Shown here piece after piece: positions 62,301 through 64,000 of a stretch of 64,000 bases of DNA (position 1 is its first letter; each line of letters opens with the position of its first letter). The stretch spans positions 62,001 through 126,000 of the forward strand of contig JAQGDQ010000149.1 in assembly GCA_030141605.1 (NCBI GenBank). The letters run 5' to 3'. The notes below the pieces were generated by a model. The model was given only the letters and a program-made list of their open reading frames with translations. It had not been told where the DNA came from and ran no database searches. The translations under genes and the position numbers were made by a program. This DNA is from Tubiluchus corallicola. Lineage: Eukaryota > Animalia > Priapulida.

Positions 62301-63827
62301 TGCCCAAAACTGTTCTACCTGTAATTAGTATAATACAGTCAAACAGCTGATTTGCTTTACTTGGATATGGTAAATTTTAATTTGCCGTTAATTCGTGCCA
62401 GATCTCTGCCATGAAGGGACTTGTCTGCTTGCATAATCAGTTACGTATTTCAATTAACTCAATTTGTTCAATAAACAAGCACTCGAGTACATTTGAGCAA
62501 AACAAAAAATAATCACTTACACAAAACAAATATAATCGTAATTGTAGAAACTTTTAAATATTCCTGAATACAAATCTGGCTGCCGGAAACTTAATTAAAA
62601 ATAACATTTTTAAAGAAATTTATGGACATGTACCAAAAAAACCTAAAGATTTTAGATTTTAGAACCTGGCTTATATTTTCAAAAACTTGTACATAAGCTA
62701 AAACTTTAAGCAATTAATCTATGAATGTCCCTCAGTGTGAAGTTTACAGATTACGTGTAGCAGAATGCGGAGGCACTGTGAAACAGTATGATTTTAACAA
62801 GGCATTTAGAAGACTATTGGTAACACCAATAGTACATAGACAGTATGTGTTACACCAGGTTGTAGAAAAAACTGTTTTCAAGTAGGTCAGGTAATTGCAA
62901 ATTCGTTCACTAGTTTGAGAACCTGAGAACGTAAGATGACTTTCTGTTTCACTTAGCCATACTTTCTGTTATGTCACATCTTACCGATATGAAAGTTCCA
63001 AGAGGTTTAATAGCCTGTTCAAAACTTGAAGATGATGTTTGGCGTCCTGGCGACCGCCGTGAAAACCAAAAACTATAAGCAAACTGCAGTGGATGTTCTC
63101 CAGGACCAAGTTTTGGTGGTGCCTGTGCAATTATATGGTAAAACTACATTATTTTTATAGCACTGGTAAAGAAAAAGAAACGTGCAATGCAACAATTTAT
63201 ATATATAACATGTTAACTTGCATTTCAGACACTTTGAGTGTAAAAAAACCTCACAATAAACTCGCGCATGGACCAGCTTCAGCTGGTGCTCCAAACTCCA
63301 GTAGAATTTGCCATAATTTGTTTAAAACTTCATTACATAGGGATTCTGATTTTATTTAAGTATGTTTGCTACATTTTTCTACCAGCTGTTATAGAAAACT
63401 ACTATATGTATGTTGAACACTACTTTATGTGTATACTTCAAGTGGTGAGAATGTACAAGATGCACCACCTGGCTTGTTAAATACATTACAGAAATTAACA
63501 GCTGACTTAATGATGAATGATACATCTGCTGAGTAGCTACGATGTCTACAGAAAGTAGAATCTTACCTTCCAATAAATAGCTTCATATCTCAAAATAACA
63601 AACTAATCCAATGTCTTCTTAACTGTCTCATCATCGATTTATAGACATGACTTGATAAAATCTTGAAATCAGAAATTTTAGTTGTTTTACTAAGGCACTG
63701 AAAGTTTATAAGAAAAGCTAGTTTACATAATATGCATCAGATAGTTCGAGGAAATTATTTTACCTCAGCTGTACTTTTCTGCTTTTCCTTGTCATTTTCA
63801 GATTCATCACTGTCATCATTTTTCAAC
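59332..63827 (-). CDS. EIF4E2: Eukaryotic translation initiation factor 4E type 2 (4EHP); first coding exon lies beyond the right edge
   Basis: Exons 63764-63827 (LKNDDSDESE..), 62985-63122 (GEHPLQFAYSFWFSRRSPGRQTSSSSFEQAIKPLGTF), 62214-62318 (VEQFWAYYSHM..HLFKDGIKPMWE), 60913-61065 (GGKWIVRLRKG..WENLILAMLGEQFMVGEEICGAVVS), 59521-59657 (EDIISVWNKT..LNLPPNTIMEYKTHNDSL), 59332-59374 (KDNSSFRNTDVFVR*). All introns are GT-AG and in phase. Tyr/Phe replace the first two eIF4E1 tryptophans, the class II signature. Confidence 0.97.
60069..60683. mobile_element. piggyBac-like MITE in an EIF4E2 intron
   Basis: TTAA TSD (60065-60068 and 60684-60687). TIR CCCTTTCACTACG / CGTAGCAAAAGGG. Subterminal direct repeat ACGGAAGGCGGCA.ACTGC.GCC at ~60079 and ~60121. 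Confidence 0.85.
61321..61408. repeat. 45-bp tandem duplication (2 copies, 1 mismatch)
   Basis: TTAATTAACAAAGCATGATAATTT(A/G)AATATTCACTGTACTAAT occurs twice. Confidence 0.9.
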
Positions 63828-64000
63828 CTGAAATACATTTAAGTCACAAACAAATTATAAAAGAAGAAAATATAAATTACAAGCACGTTTAAGCACTAAG
63901 AAGGCCAGTATTTCATGAGTTTTTTTTGATTCCATTGATATATTCCATCTAGTATAAAGTGCAGGTAGAGTATGAATGTGCTATATCAGCACAATTTTTA

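Overview
AT-rich, intron-rich invertebrate (metazoan) genomic DNA with three host genes. (1) The first two coding exons of an ABCA1/ABCA4-like lipid transporter on the minus strand (1086-1571), running off the left edge. (2) A complete TRIP12 HECT E3 ubiquitin ligase on the plus strand (37 coding exons, 21944-57457, about 2114 aa, one GC-AG intron). (3) EIF4E2/4EHP on the minus strand (59332-63827; first exon off the right edge), convergent with TRIP12. The ABCA-TRIP12 intergenic region holds several decayed LINEs, one rearranged into a fold-back structure. The introns hold nested non-autonomous DNA transposons (hAT, pogo/Tigger, piggyBac, TTAA-targeting). The most notable signal is at the TRIP12 5' end: an out-of-frame uORF overlaps a weak-context start codon, and the next ~1250 nt of mRNA contain only one AUG in any frame before an in-frame, good-context Met419. 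This suggests a translational switch between full-length TRIP12 and a form lacking the basic disordered N-terminus, which here carries an AT-hook. Gene models were built by hand from splice signals, phase continuity and recalled homology; no searches were run.
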